Of a DNA stretch of 35,167 bases, positions 6,656 to 16,066 are shown piece after piece. The notes under the pieces are model-generated. The model ran no database searches. It was not told the DNA's origin and was given only the letters and a program-made list of their open reading frames with translations. Position 1 is the stretch's first letter. Each line of letters opens with the position of its first letter. Origin of the DNA: a virus (taxonomy: Duplodnaviria; Caudoviricetes); the IMG/VR virus record IMGVR_UViG_3300017589_000285, positions 1 through 35,167 of that record; one strand, given 5' to 3'. The translations under genes were made by a program, and so were the position numbers.

Positions 6656-9412
6656 CTATACACCCATCAAAGCGAACCGGGTATTGTCAAAAAACTGACT
6701 GAATATGCGATCTTCATCCGAAGCGCTGTTTATGTCACCGTATACGTTGACTGTAGCGCCGCTTTTTTCTCCGGCTCCGCTTATACCTTGAGCTATGCCT
6801 TTGAATACCTTGTCGGAGAGAGGCAGAACAACCTCTTTGTTTCTACCTTCGCCAATCATAGCCAACGTGGGACCTGTGGCTATTCCGCCATCTGCCAATT
6901 TGGGGATACTGTTCCCTGCATCATGCCAGTCATTTTTACCCCCTGAACTACCGCTTAAACCTGATAATGCCGCTGTTAGAGCATGTACCGTTGCGATTCC
7001 TGCCGCCGCTGGAATCGCATTTGCCCCGAAAGAGGCAAGTGACACGTTAGCAGCCGCTGCCGCCCATGCTTGCGCAACTTTTGCACCTGCCTTGATACTA
7101 AGTGCGGTCTGAACAGCCAATGCGGATTCTCCTATGGCTGTTTCAAGCAGTAACCCAGCGATTTTTTTCGCGAAATAATCTGCCACAACTTTAAGAATTG
7201 ACTTTCCCAGACTTTTAAAAGCATCTTGAACAGACGAGACTCCAGTTAAAATATCAGAAATAGCTGACGTAAGACCTCCTAGCCCCGTTTTATATATGTC
7301 TGCAACTAACTGGGCTGTTGTTGCGTGTGCCGCTAAGTATGCCTCCTGCCATGTTTCCATTAAGCTCTTTTGTGCTTCATAATCAATTAGCCTAATTGCG
7401 TTTTCTTCTGTTAAAGCTTCCTGAAGTAGAGTTATAGATCCTTGGTTATAAGCGTTGTCAATGTCGGATTGAACGTCTTTAGCTTGACTATAATAATTAA
7501 GCATATCGTTCTGTAGCTGTTTCCTTTTCTCAATCGATGCCTGCTCTTTTTCAACGGCAAAATCAAGCATGTCCTCTGTCGTTATTTTGTACTGGATGCC
7601 CATAGCGTTTAGAGAATCAAGAATGTTTTTCTTCTGAGCATCCGTAGCGCTCGTATAGCGGGCGGAAATGTCGTCAAAATAGTCAAATATCCCTTTGACT
7701 TGATCGAGAGCACCCGTGTCCATCGAGAACAGATCCGCCGCAGAGCCTTTGAGTCCTCCGAGCGTCAAGTCTTTCTGCATACTCGCCCAACCGTCGGATA
7801 TTGTTTTAAATGTATCCTGGCGGTCTTTTGCCTCGTCATGGAGTATCTGCCTGCGTTTTTCGGAATATGTTTCATTAAGACGTGTTATATCTCTTTGATA
7901 ATTCTCGTTTACGGACTTTGATTCATTGAGAGTCGTTACCTCATCACGGAACCATTTATCCAGGACATCCATCTGAGTTTTAGTTAAGCGAATCCACTCA
8001 TCTTCGATACGATCAGAAGCAGCTTTGGCTTTTTCAACGAGTCTTTCATATTCTTGCTGCTGTTTTTTAGCCGCTGCTTCTGCGGCTTTTGCCGCTTTCG
8101 CTTTTGCTTTTGCTCCGTCATCATCGATTTTCCCGGAATCCTTCAGCGTCTCTGCAAGAATATCCTTAAGAGATTTAACGCTCTTAGTTGTTTTTATAAT
8201 TTCTTTATTTGTTTCTGCAACCTCGGTTTTCATTCCAAGAAATGCCTTAATTGCAGATATTTTATCCCCGACCCACGATGCCATAGCGCCTATTTTTTCA
8301 CAGATAGCCACTATAAGGTCTTTCGCCCAGGTAAAAATATTAACGATCCCTGTCCAAAGAGTATCGAAGAAAAACCCCATGCCGAGCCAGTTTTCATAGA
8401 TAGCGACAGCAACAAAACTAATAACAGCAGCGCTTGCCAATAGAGGCCATGTGGCTGCTATAACAGCTTCTCCAAGCATAAGAAAGGCCGGAACCGCAAT
8501 CCCGATTACAGCACCGCTAATACCTACAATCGCAGCTTTAACGCTTTCAGGTACCATTTGCTCGAATGCTTCTTTAATTCCTGATTGTTTTGCAACGGCG
8601 GCAAACTCGCCCATCCAATCTGCTGCGTTCTTAAATTTCGTTTTGAGATCAAACGCTTCGGTGATATTACTGCCAAGTGTTCGCATTATTGAACTCACTG
8701 AATCCTTCATGTTACTGAAACTTTGCGGTATTTCTCCGGCCACCTTATCCATCATGCCGCCGAAGCGATCTTCAAGTCCGGTTAATATTGCCGTGATGCC
8801 TTCTTTGGCGCTTATTGCTCCCTTTTTAGATAATTCCATAGCTTTAGCAGTTGTGATGTTCATTTTTGAAGCCAAAATATCCCATACTGGGAGTCCTGTT
8901 TCTGCCAACTGGCGCATTTCTTCGGCTGTAAGCTTGCCCTTGGCGTTCATCTGGCCTATTGCCAGCGTGACCCTGTCTATACCTTCCTGTCCTAATCCGA
9001 CCGCCATTGAAGCATCGCCCAGTACAGTTAAAACAGGAATGACAGCATCTACGCCGAACCCATAAGCTTGCATCTTTTTCGATGCTTCGGTAAGTCCGGC
9101 AAACTCAAACGGAGTTGTCGCTCCAAATTTCTCCAGTGCATCTAGGTGTTCCTGTGCCTTTTGAACTGATCCTGTTAATGTTTCAAACGCACGTTTCGTC
9201 ATGTCCATTTTGGCGCTCATAACAACAGAGGCCGTTACAATGCCCGCCATTCCAATAGCAATATATTTAAGGCTATTGGCTGCCTTTTCAGAAAGTTTCA
9301 TTGCTTCAGTGCCGAATGTCTCTTTTATCTGGCGCTTCGCCGCATTGAGTTCTTTTCTTAATCCGCTGGAATTAGCAGATATTTTTACTAACAGATCCGC
9401 AACTGTAGCCAT
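6656..9412 (-). CDS. Tape measure protein
   Basis: 918 aa, Ala-rich helical; TPFE...AIGQMNAKGKLTAEEMRQL domain and LADGGIATGPTLAMIGE C-terminal motif. Confidence 0.95.
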   Translation of the reverse strand: MATVADLLVKISANSSGLRKELNAAKRQIKETFGTEAMKLSEKAANSLKYIAIGMAGIVTASVVMSAKMDMTKRAFETLTGSVQKAQEHLDALEKFGATTPFEFAGLTEASKKMQAYGFGVDAVIPVLTVLGDASMAVGLGQEGIDRVTLAIGQMNAKGKLTAEEMRQLAETGLPVWDILASKMNITTAKAMELSKKGAISAKEGITAILTGLEDRFGGMMDKVAGEIPQSFSNMKDSVSSIMRTLGSNITEAFDLKTKFKNAADWMGEFAAVAKQSGIKEAFEQMVPESVKAAIVGISGAVIGIAVPAFLMLGEAVIAATWPLLASAAVISFVAVAIYENWLGMGFFFDTLWTGIVNIFTWAKDLIVAICEKIGAMASWVGDKISAIKAFLGMKTEVAETNKEIIKTTKSVKSLKDILAETLKDSGKIDDDGAKAKAKAAKAAEAAAKKQQQEYERLVEKAKAASDRIEDEWIRLTKTQMDVLDKWFRDEVTTLNESKSVNENYQRDITRLNETYSEKRRQILHDEAKDRQDTFKTISDGWASMQKDLTLGGLKGSAADLFSMDTGALDQVKGIFDYFDDISARYTSATDAQKKNILDSLNAMGIQYKITTEDMLDFAVEKEQASIEKRKQLQNDMLNYYSQAKDVQSDIDNAYNQGSITLLQEALTEENAIRLIDYEAQKSLMETWQEAYLAAHATTAQLVADIYKTGLGGLTSAISDILTGVSSVQDAFKSLGKSILKVVADYFAKKIAGLLLETAIGESALAVQTALSIKAGAKVAQAWAAAAANVSLASFGANAIPAAAGIATVHALTAALSGLSGSSGGKNDWHDAGNSIPKLADGGIATGPTLAMIGEGRNKEVVLPLSDKVFKGIAQGISGAGEKSGATVNVYGDINSASDEDRIFSQFFDNTRFALMGV

Positions 9413-9448
9413 TTAACCACCTCATTTCAAATAGAAAACAGGACAGAG

Positions 9449-9799
9449 TCATCCTCCGTCCTGTAAGTTAAAAATCTGCCTTAGGTATTCTTTTTCTTGT
9501 TGTTTTTCTTCTTTTTTATTTTGTAACGGTGACAATAAGTCTTTCATGGTAACAGCCTTTTTCATTGTTCCCTGTGAATTTATAAGCGGTGTGACAAAAT
9601 AACTGATAATAGCGTTCCTCTCGTCCATTCTCCACTTGTAGCCATCTAATATTTTATAGAATTCGTGCGGCTGTAACCGGTTAAACTCCCACGGGCGCAA
9701 GTTTAGAGGTCCATAAGCAAGCGTTTCTGCCCAATCCACCCAGTCTGAGATGCTTACAGTTCGTCCAGTACGCTCTCCGTCATCTGGGTGTTCGGTACG
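9449..9799 (-). CDS. Tail assembly chaperone, frameshift (gpT-like) part
   Basis: LRPWEFNRLQPHEF motif; this frame is open back to the slippery site A_AAA_AAC at 9805-9799. Confidence 0.8.
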   Translation of the reverse strand, partial: RTEHPDDGERTGRTVSISDWVDWAETLAYGPLNLRPWEFNRLQPHEFYKILDGYKWRMDERNAIISYFVTPLINSQGTMKKAVTMKDLLSPLQNKKEEKQQEKEYLRQIFNLQDGG

Positions 9800-10131
9800 T
9801 TTTTTATTTCGTCCTCTTCTTCCTCAACTTTTCCAAAGATACCGCTAAGTACGATTGCTTCAATGATTGGCAGTGCAACTTTTTCTATGGAGCCGCCGCC
9901 GTCAAAGTAATCAGTCAGCTTATTGGCGAAAAACTGCGGAGAACCTTTTGCATAATGGTGTTTGAGCCCTACTGTTAAGCCATTCAAGCAGAAGTTAATT
10001 CCGGCTTCGCTATTAGCTACTATTTTAGGTATCGGCTCGCCCAACGCTTTTTCAAGCATTGCAAGCCTGACGATGTCAAAATAGATATACTGATTCGGTG
10101 CAAATAATTCAAAGGGCACTGACTTTATCAT
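9754..10131 (-). CDS. Tail assembly chaperone (gpG-like)
   Basis: Between the major tail and tape measure genes; slippery heptamer near its 3' end. Confidence 0.8.
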   Translation of the reverse strand: MIKSVPFELFAPNQYIYFDIVRLAMLEKALGEPIPKIVANSEAGINFCLNGLTVGLKHHYAKGSPQFFANKLTDYFDGGGSIEKVALPIIEAIVLSGIFGKVEEEEDEIKNVPNTQMTESVLDEL

Positions 10132-10150
10132 TTAATTAACTCCCTTCATA

Positions 10151-10176
10151 AATAAAAAGGGGAGCCGAAGCTCCCC
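10151..10176 (-). terminator. Terminator after the major tail gene
   Basis: Minus strand GGGGAGC-TTCG-GCTCCCC followed by TTTTT. Confidence 0.85.
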
Positions 10177-10185
10177 GCTTAATCG

Positions 10186-10890
10186 TTACGCTCCTATGTT
10201 AATGGTAGCGCCTAGAACCGCTCCGTCGCCGGTTGTTATAGCCAACGAATGAGCGCCTATTGTTGCTGCGCCGATTATCGTTGATTTGATGGTAAATACT
10301 CCGGCAGCATACGTGTAACCTGATGTAATCGTTACAGATGTACCGTCTAAGGTAACACTGGTCACTGTTGTTGTAGTCGGTGTGATTGCAAAAACAACAT
10401 CGACAGGTGATCCTTTACTACCTGCAGCAGAAAGCGGACTTAGTCCCGGAGCACGATCAGACAATGCACCGTTGCCCTCGATGGTCCCGGACAGAGAAGC
10501 TTCTCCGTCGTGTGGTGTGGACAGTGAGAACGATGTTAGAGATCCCCAGCCTGACTGTACTGTGCCGTCAGGGTATTTCAGGCGCACATTAACTTCAACT
10601 CCGTCATTGAATGCCTTTTCCAGATAGGGAAGTGCCGCGTCACTTAAAAGCACAAGAGCATCAAGGTCTATGCTCCAACCTCTTAGTCCTGCCTTATTAG
10701 ATTTCCAGCCCCCACTTGTCTTGTGAGAGACATCGATGCTGTCGGCTTCCCTCGAGAGGTCAGCTGAACGCTGTCCGCCTATCAATGTCCATGTAGGAGA
10801 CGCCGCCGACCCTGTATTAAGGTCCAAAAGATAATCTTTACCAACCGAAGCAGAACTTGTGCTCGGATTTACAGGTAATGTAATTCCCAT
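10186..10890 (-). CDS. Major tail protein (TP901-1-like) with C-terminal Ig-like domain
   Basis: IGGQRSADLSREADSIDVSHK...GW...GLRGWSIDLD motif; Thr/Val-rich beta C-terminal domain. Confidence 0.9.
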   Translation of the reverse strand: MGITLPVNPSTSSASVGKDYLLDLNTGSAASPTWTLIGGQRSADLSREADSIDVSHKTSGGWKSNKAGLRGWSIDLDALVLLSDAALPYLEKAFNDGVEVNVRLKYPDGTVQSGWGSLTSFSLSTPHDGEASLSGTIEGNGALSDRAPGLSPLSAAGSKGSPVDVVFAITPTTTTVTSVTLDGTSVTITSGYTYAAGVFTIKSTIIGAATIGAHSLAITTGDGAVLGATINIGA

Positions 10891-10893
10891 AAT

Positions 10894-11295
10894 TTAACCT
10901 CCTATGTACTGAATTTTTGCGGTAAAAGTGAGCACCGCATGATAACTAACTTCTTCTTCTTCAAAAATCTCACAAAAATCAACATCCTGTTCCAGAGCGC
11001 AAAAACCAAGAGATGCGACATCGAGCGGCCATGCTGTGATAACAGCGGCCACGTCGTTACAGACTTCTTCGATTTCCTTTTTACTGGTATCCATACTCCA
11101 GATATGAAGCTGAAGAGATATATTCGATATGTCGACGTTTTTGGCTCCGCCTGGTTTGCTGGTAAATGGGCCAAATGAGATACATGGAAATTCTCCCTCA
11201 TCCGGGACGGTGTCATATACTTTTGTCGTCTGCTTCTTAGACAGAATGTCGTAAACTCCTTTATGGGTCGCCTGAAAGGGAATGTGCCGAATCAT
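10894..11295 (-). CDS. Tail terminator / completion protein (DUF3168-like)
   Basis: VYDTVPD..FPCISFG and LHIWS motifs; synteny. Confidence 0.8.
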   Translation of the reverse strand: MIRHIPFQATHKGVYDILSKKQTTKVYDTVPDEGEFPCISFGPFTSKPGGAKNVDISNISLQLHIWSMDTSKKEIEEVCNDVAAVITAWPLDVASLGFCALEQDVDFCEIFEEEEVSYHAVLTFTAKIQYIGG

Positions 11296-11732
11296 TTATG
11301 CTTCACCGCCTCTGCCAGCCTTTTTATAAAGGTGGGCCTTTCCTGTTCAAACGCTGGACGGACAAATGGACGCCCTGTGCGCTTCGGGATTTCAGCAAAT
11401 TTTGTAAAAAACTTTCCTTCGCCAAACAGCAGTGCCTTTTTCTTTTTAGGTTTTACTGTGTGAGCATCCGTACCCAGTTCTATCAAATGTGCATGTGGGG
11501 CTTTTGCTCCAAAATAACCAATACACCCTATTTTTTTAAATGAACTAAAAATAGATTTTTTTAATCCACCACTCTTAACCGGAACTTTTTCACGGGCGAG
11601 TCGGGCCATCTCTTGGACTGTCTTTTCTACTGCTGCTTCGATCCTAAGGCGCGACCTTCCGTCATAAGCCGAAATCGAATCCAAAGCTTCTTTAAGTTCT
11701 TTGTTTGCCGGAGTTATTTCGAGTTTAAACAA
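11292..11732 (-). CDS. HK97 gp10-family protein
   Basis: PVKSGGLKKSI, AHLIELGT and RPFVRPAF motifs. Confidence 0.88.
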   Translation of the reverse strand: MFKLEITPANKELKEALDSISAYDGRSRLRIEAAVEKTVQEMARLAREKVPVKSGGLKKSIFSSFKKIGCIGYFGAKAPHAHLIELGTDAHTVKPKKKKALLFGEGKFFTKFAEIPKRTGRPFVRPAFEQERPTFIKRLAEAVKHK

Positions 11733-12054
11733 CCCGGCTCACCTCCTGGCATATAAGCGTCGTTGTATCATGCCCGGTGGGATAAACATGCAGCACCTTG
11801 TAAATCTTGCTTCCGTCAACCACCTGATAATTAATCTGTACGTCTTCTCTGAACCTAATGTTAATCGTATGCGTCAGAATCGAAGAAAATCCGCCCTGCT
11901 GTAAATCAACTGTGGCTTTCGGCCTCCAAAACTCCGCCCAGACAGTACAAAGATCGGTTAAAACTTGTCCCTGTGTTGTTTTGCCGCCCTGTTTATCGTC
12001 TATCATCGGAAGATAACGTATTGTTATGCGGTGATTAAGTCGACCTGGGTTCAT
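11725..12054 (-). CDS. Head closure protein (head-tail adaptor)
   Basis: MNPGRLNHRITI, TVWAE and IRFR motifs. Confidence 0.88.
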   Translation of the reverse strand: MNPGRLNHRITIRYLPMIDDKQGGKTTQGQVLTDLCTVWAEFWRPKATVDLQQGGFSSILTHTINIRFREDVQINYQVVDGSKIYKVLHVYPTGHDTTTLICQEVSRVV

Positions 12055-12380
12055 ATATAATCACCGCACCCCTCTATGTGAGTCAGAATAGAATCTACAG
12101 TGTGTTTTATACCTGTCACAATAGTTCCTGTTGCTACGATACCTCTGTTTTCGTACCAGTGGGCAATTATGAGTTTGAGGCATTGCTGATAAAGATCATC
12201 TTCTTCAAGCGCCACATAAACCTTTTCGCCTGTTTTACTTATCTCGGACAACGCCTGAGTTTTACTGACCTTCCCGGATATATATTTGTCCGCCGCCGAC
12301 ATTTGTGCGGTGATAAGGCTGTCTTCATCGGCTGTATCTACGCGGAGATATATCTTCATGTCTGCGATCTTAAGCGGCAT
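12051..12380 (-). CDS. Head-tail connector (gp6-like)
   Basis: KIYLRVD...EDSLI and IAHWYENR motifs. Confidence 0.9.
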   Translation of the reverse strand: MPLKIADMKIYLRVDTADEDSLITAQMSAADKYISGKVSKTQALSEISKTGEKVYVALEEDDLYQQCLKLIIAHWYENRGIVATGTIVTGIKHTVDSILTHIEGCGDYI

Positions 12381-12399
12381 TTGTCCACCCTCCTTTCTT

Positions 12400-12433
12400 A
12401 AAAAAAGAAGAAGGGCAAAAGCCCTTCTTCTTT
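12400..12433 (-). terminator. Terminator after the capsid/Ig-domain ORF
   Basis: 13-bp stem AAAGAAGAAGGGC/GCCCTTCTTCTTT with a T-run on the minus strand. Confidence 0.8.
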
Positions 12434-12950
12434 AATCTCCTACCGTTACCGTGCAGGTGAAATCTCCCACGCCGGTTACAAGAGTTATCACAACAGCTCC
12501 ATTTTCCTGCGCCGAGAAATATTCTTTCTTCAGCGTAACTACTCCGGACGCTACGGTATAGTCTGTACCGGATACAAGTATTGCTGTTTTGTTCTTAACA
12601 GCCATCAGGGTTGCAGTACCGGTAATCGTAACGTCTATATTAGCAGGCGCAGCTTTGCTGAAAGTCTCCGTTGCAGGTGCAGTATCTACAACTGAGATAT
12701 CTACCTCAAACTCTCCGACATTTGTAATAAGAGTAAATGTCTTATCTCCTGCTGTCAGTGTTCCAAGATAAGTTCCCTTAACGGTCAACTTATCTGTTGC
12801 ATCCGAATAGGTGTAGTTTTCAGGATTCACCGTTGAGACACCGTTTTTCAGGGCGGTCAGTGTAACTTTTGTCCCCGTTACCGTGAACACCGCGTCAGTT
12901 GGGGCACCCTTACTGACTGCGGCAAAGCCAGGGCTCACGGCTACTGGGAT
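12432..12950 (-). CDS. Two X2/Ig-like domains, probably a -1 frameshift extension of the major capsid protein
   Basis: Internal duplication (F/VSKxAPxD/N...LxAxKN...DYT...LTxKxxY); no RBS before GTG 12938; in the -1 frame of A_AAA_AAA at the end of the capsid gene. Confidence 0.78.
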   Translation of the reverse strand: MPVAVSPGFAAVSKGAPTDAVFTVTGTKVTLTALKNGVSTVNPENYTYSDATDKLTVKGTYLGTLTAGDKTFTLITNVGEFEVDISVVDTAPATETFSKAAPANIDVTITGTATLMAVKNKTAILVSGTDYTVASGVVTLKKEYFSAQENGAVVITLVTGVGDFTCTVTVGD

Positions 12951-14176
12951 TTTTTTAGGTATACAAATGGGGTTGTCGAAATAGGCTTGCCGTCAATAAT
13001 GGCATACGCCATATAATCGGTGATGCGGGTTTTAATGTGATCCTCCATGTACATCGTAACGTTCTCCTGGGCATTAATCTTATACCCTCGAGAAATATTA
13101 GCCAGGATCATTCCGTCTGTAGGTGCCGCATCTTCCTCATAAACAACCTTCCCGAACATCATCCCAACACCGCCGTTGATGGGATTTGCTATAAAGTACG
13201 GCCTCTTTGATTCATCGAGAACATTTGCAAGAGTGTTCCAGATGAAATCATTCTTCGCGAAAATTGCCGCACCGCTGGCATATCCAGACTTCATCTTGGC
13301 CATAATTCCCGTCAGCTTCGCATAATTAATTGGATCTGACGAAGGTGTCCATGTGACTACCTGTGGAGTAAGGGTTTCCGCTTCAAGCGCTGTCACTATA
13401 CCTAGTGGCTCAGATTTCCACTGATCACCTTCCCCTGCAGCTCCCTTGCCGGCGAAAATGGCAGTTGCAAGTGCATCTCCCATCTTTATGGCAAGATTAT
13501 CTCGGAGATAGACCAGAAACGCATCGATGGACATCTTCTTAAGCTTCCAGCTTACAGGAACGCACTTAGCGAGCTCCCAGCCGTCCAGTTCAATGGATCC
13601 CGTTATAACTGTTCCATCCGCCACGGGAGTATCTTCGTCGTACCATGCTGCATCTGACCCGGTTCCGTTTTCTTTAGGGTACTGAATTTTACCCTTTACA
13701 TTTGTCATGCTGATTAAAGACAAGACAGGGTGGATTTTTGACGCCTCTTTCCAGATATCTTCCACCAATGTGGCAGGTATCATGACCTGATGATCAGGGC
13801 TGGTTTGAGCAGCATTGCTGATACTCGGGTTGATTCGATCAAAAACCACCTGTTCTTCGTCATTAAGAGACTGCCCCATCATAGCCCGGGCAAAAGCGGC
13901 ACGATAAAGCTTCTCTTCATCCTGAGGTGCATCGATGCCACCTGTCTTCTTTATAACTGAACCTACCTGAACGCTCTTGTCCTCGATACTAATAACCGCT
14001 CTGTCCTTCAGCGCATTCATATCTGCACGGACCCTTACTTCTTCCTCGAAACTTGAATCGAGGACCTCAATCTTCCCGCGGATCTCTTTTGCCTGTTCCA
14101 GGTTACCTTCGTCTATAGCCTTATTGGCCACAGACATGAGCTCATCACGCTGTGCTTTATACTGTTCTTTGGTCAA
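12941..14176 (-). CDS. Major capsid protein (HK97 fold)
   Basis: N-terminal coiled-coil delta domain, AAWYDE, LDESKRPYF; follows the protease. Confidence 0.92.
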   Translation of the reverse strand: MTKEQYKAQRDELMSVANKAIDEGNLEQAKEIRGKIEVLDSSFEEEVRVRADMNALKDRAVISIEDKSVQVGSVIKKTGGIDAPQDEEKLYRAAFARAMMGQSLNDEEQVVFDRINPSISNAAQTSPDHQVMIPATLVEDIWKEASKIHPVLSLISMTNVKGKIQYPKENGTGSDAAWYDEDTPVADGTVITGSIELDGWELAKCVPVSWKLKKMSIDAFLVYLRDNLAIKMGDALATAIFAGKGAAGEGDQWKSEPLGIVTALEAETLTPQVVTWTPSSDPINYAKLTGIMAKMKSGYASGAAIFAKNDFIWNTLANVLDESKRPYFIANPINGGVGMMFGKVVYEEDAAPTDGMILANISRGYKINAQENVTMYMEDHIKTRITDYMAYAIIDGKPISTTPFVYLKKSQ

Positions 14177-14877
14177 TTTATATCGCCTTCCTTTCTCATA
14201 TTAAGCAGCTGAATACGCTCTGATTCCAAAGCTAATTCCACTGCATCCTTAACTTCCTTCGGAGCGCTGTCGATGTTGCCTTTTCCTGTTACAAATGCTG
14301 CAGGCTGAACGCTTGCATTTGTAACTTCAATGTTGAAATATCGAGATGCCTCTTCTGCCGTAAGCCATGTTTCTTTTGCAGCCATTTCCCTGATTTGATC
14401 AAGGCTGACTCCGCTTAGAAGTTTCTCTTCGTACACGGTAAGTATCCCCTCGTCACATTTTTCAAGCAGCTCTGCGTATCGGATAAATTCGTCTGAATTT
14501 CCAAATCCGAGACACCACGCCTTATGAATCATAAGAAACGTATTCTTCGGCATAACTACCTTATTACAGGACAAAGCAATAACACTGGCAGAACTGGCGG
14601 CCAGACCGTCTATATAACAAGTTGTTTGAGCATCATGCCTTCGCAGCATGTTCACGATTGCCATAGCGGCAAAAACAGAGCCGCCTGGCGAATTGATGTA
14701 AACATCAAGCTCTCTCCCTGCGGCCTCTTTAAGAAATCCTCTTATTCTTTCCGGATACTGATCTTCAACGTTCCAGGCCCCGTACCAGTCATCTACTATC
14801 TCGCCGTAGAAATATAGGGCTGCATGTCCGTTACTTAAGTTCCGAACCTTTAACAGTTTTTCCAGATTACTCTTCAC
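14173..14877 (-). CDS. ClpP-like prohead protease
   Basis: YINSPGGSV, IDGLAASSASVIA, LMIHKAW and ETWLTAEEA motifs. Confidence 0.93.
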   Translation of the reverse strand: MKSNLEKLLKVRNLSNGHAALYFYGEIVDDWYGAWNVEDQYPERIRGFLKEAAGRELDVYINSPGGSVFAAMAIVNMLRRHDAQTTCYIDGLAASSASVIALSCNKVVMPKNTFLMIHKAWCLGFGNSDEFIRYAELLEKCDEGILTVYEEKLLSGVSLDQIREMAAKETWLTAEEASRYFNIEVTNASVQPAAFVTGKGNIDSAPKEVKDAVELALESERIQLLNMRKEGDIN

Positions 14878-16052
14878 ATGTTTTCACCTCCTCCTTCCCT
14901 TACAACAGCTGTATCAAGGCGGCGTACAGGCGTATCGCCTCCCTCTATCGGTGCCATATTAAGGACCTTGCGCCACTCGTTAGGAGTCAGCGCTCCTCGG
15001 TCCACCATCTGTAAAAGATTCAGTTTCGTAGACATTGACGCATACTGAAGACTCATAGACTCAAATACGATCTTGTTGCCATGTCCACGTTCACGTAAAG
15101 AGAAGATTTTACGTGTAAACTCATTGGCCAGCTGCAGCGCAAACGGCTCAATGACCAATTCGTAATAAGAATTCCATTCATCTTCATTACATGTTGAATT
15201 AATGATCTTCTCGTTCGTATGAAAATAGTTATACAGCCGCCGGTAAACATTCTGCTGTGTCACGGCATTGGGGACATAATCGTGAGGAGTTACCTGAGTC
15301 AGTTCCGCCTTTGCGTCTGTAGCGGCAACACCCAATCCCTCTTCTGCCGTATCAAGATACGACTTAGCAAATGCCCTTGCTTTGTCCTTGAGATCCTCGG
15401 GACGAAGAGATGCGCTCCATTTCAAAAGCCATCTAATAATTGCTCCGTTTTTAACCGCATCAATTAGGCTTTTGTCGAGAGTTCCGACTACATCCATCAC
15501 CGGAGCCAAGACTTCAATGTTGCTTTCTCCGAAAATATCGTTATTGCAGAAATCATCCTTGACGTGAATTATGTCCGAATAGGCAAATGTCGCTATTGCG
15601 CCGCTCTGCAGGCAGAACCGGAGATATGCCTGCATATCGCTGTCATAAACAGCTTCGACAGATGAAGCGGCTATAGGGTATATTTGCTCGGCAAAGCCGA
15701 AGTCATCCCGGATAATAAGCGCAAAGGCATTGTTGTTGAGCTGATATTGAACTGCCAGTTTTTGCAGCAGCATCTGTCCGGATAAAAGAGGATTAGGTTC
15801 TTCCAAAAGCATTTTTATGTAACGATCCGGATTGACCACCAAATTGTCCTTTGATTCCCTTATCTGTTTGGCATCGAGCTTTCCAATTGATCTAGCAAAT
15901 GGCCTAACGCAACTTCGCACTATGTCGCTTTTAAAAAGTTGTCTATTCCAACTATAAAACCCATTCCCCCGCTCAACAATGAGTTCATGTTTCGATACCG
16001 TTTGAGTAGGCGATCTATTAAAATAATTCAAGATATTTCTGACTGCACCCAA
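14874..16052 (-). CDS. Portal protein (HK97 family)
   Basis: LLEEPNP, NNNAFA and GALTPNEWR..LNMAPIEGGD motifs; GGAGGTG RBS suggests a TTG start at 16052. Confidence 0.93.
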   Translation of the reverse strand: MGAVRNILNYFNRSPTQTVSKHELIVERGNGFYSWNRQLFKSDIVRSCVRPFARSIGKLDAKQIRESKDNLVVNPDRYIKMLLEEPNPLLSGQMLLQKLAVQYQLNNNAFALIIRDDFGFAEQIYPIAASSVEAVYDSDMQAYLRFCLQSGAIATFAYSDIIHVKDDFCNNDIFGESNIEVLAPVMDVVGTLDKSLIDAVKNGAIIRWLLKWSASLRPEDLKDKARAFAKSYLDTAEEGLGVAATDAKAELTQVTPHDYVPNAVTQQNVYRRLYNYFHTNEKIINSTCNEDEWNSYYELVIEPFALQLANEFTRKIFSLRERGHGNKIVFESMSLQYASMSTKLNLLQMVDRGALTPNEWRKVLNMAPIEGGDTPVRRLDTAVVREGGGENM

Positions 16053-16066
16053 ACAAAACACCTCCA

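Noticed and set aside
6795-9416. Long plus-strand ORFs (e.g. 8451-9065)
   Set aside because: Antisense shadows of the tape measure gene; the same applies to most plus-strand ORFs between 964 and 29598.
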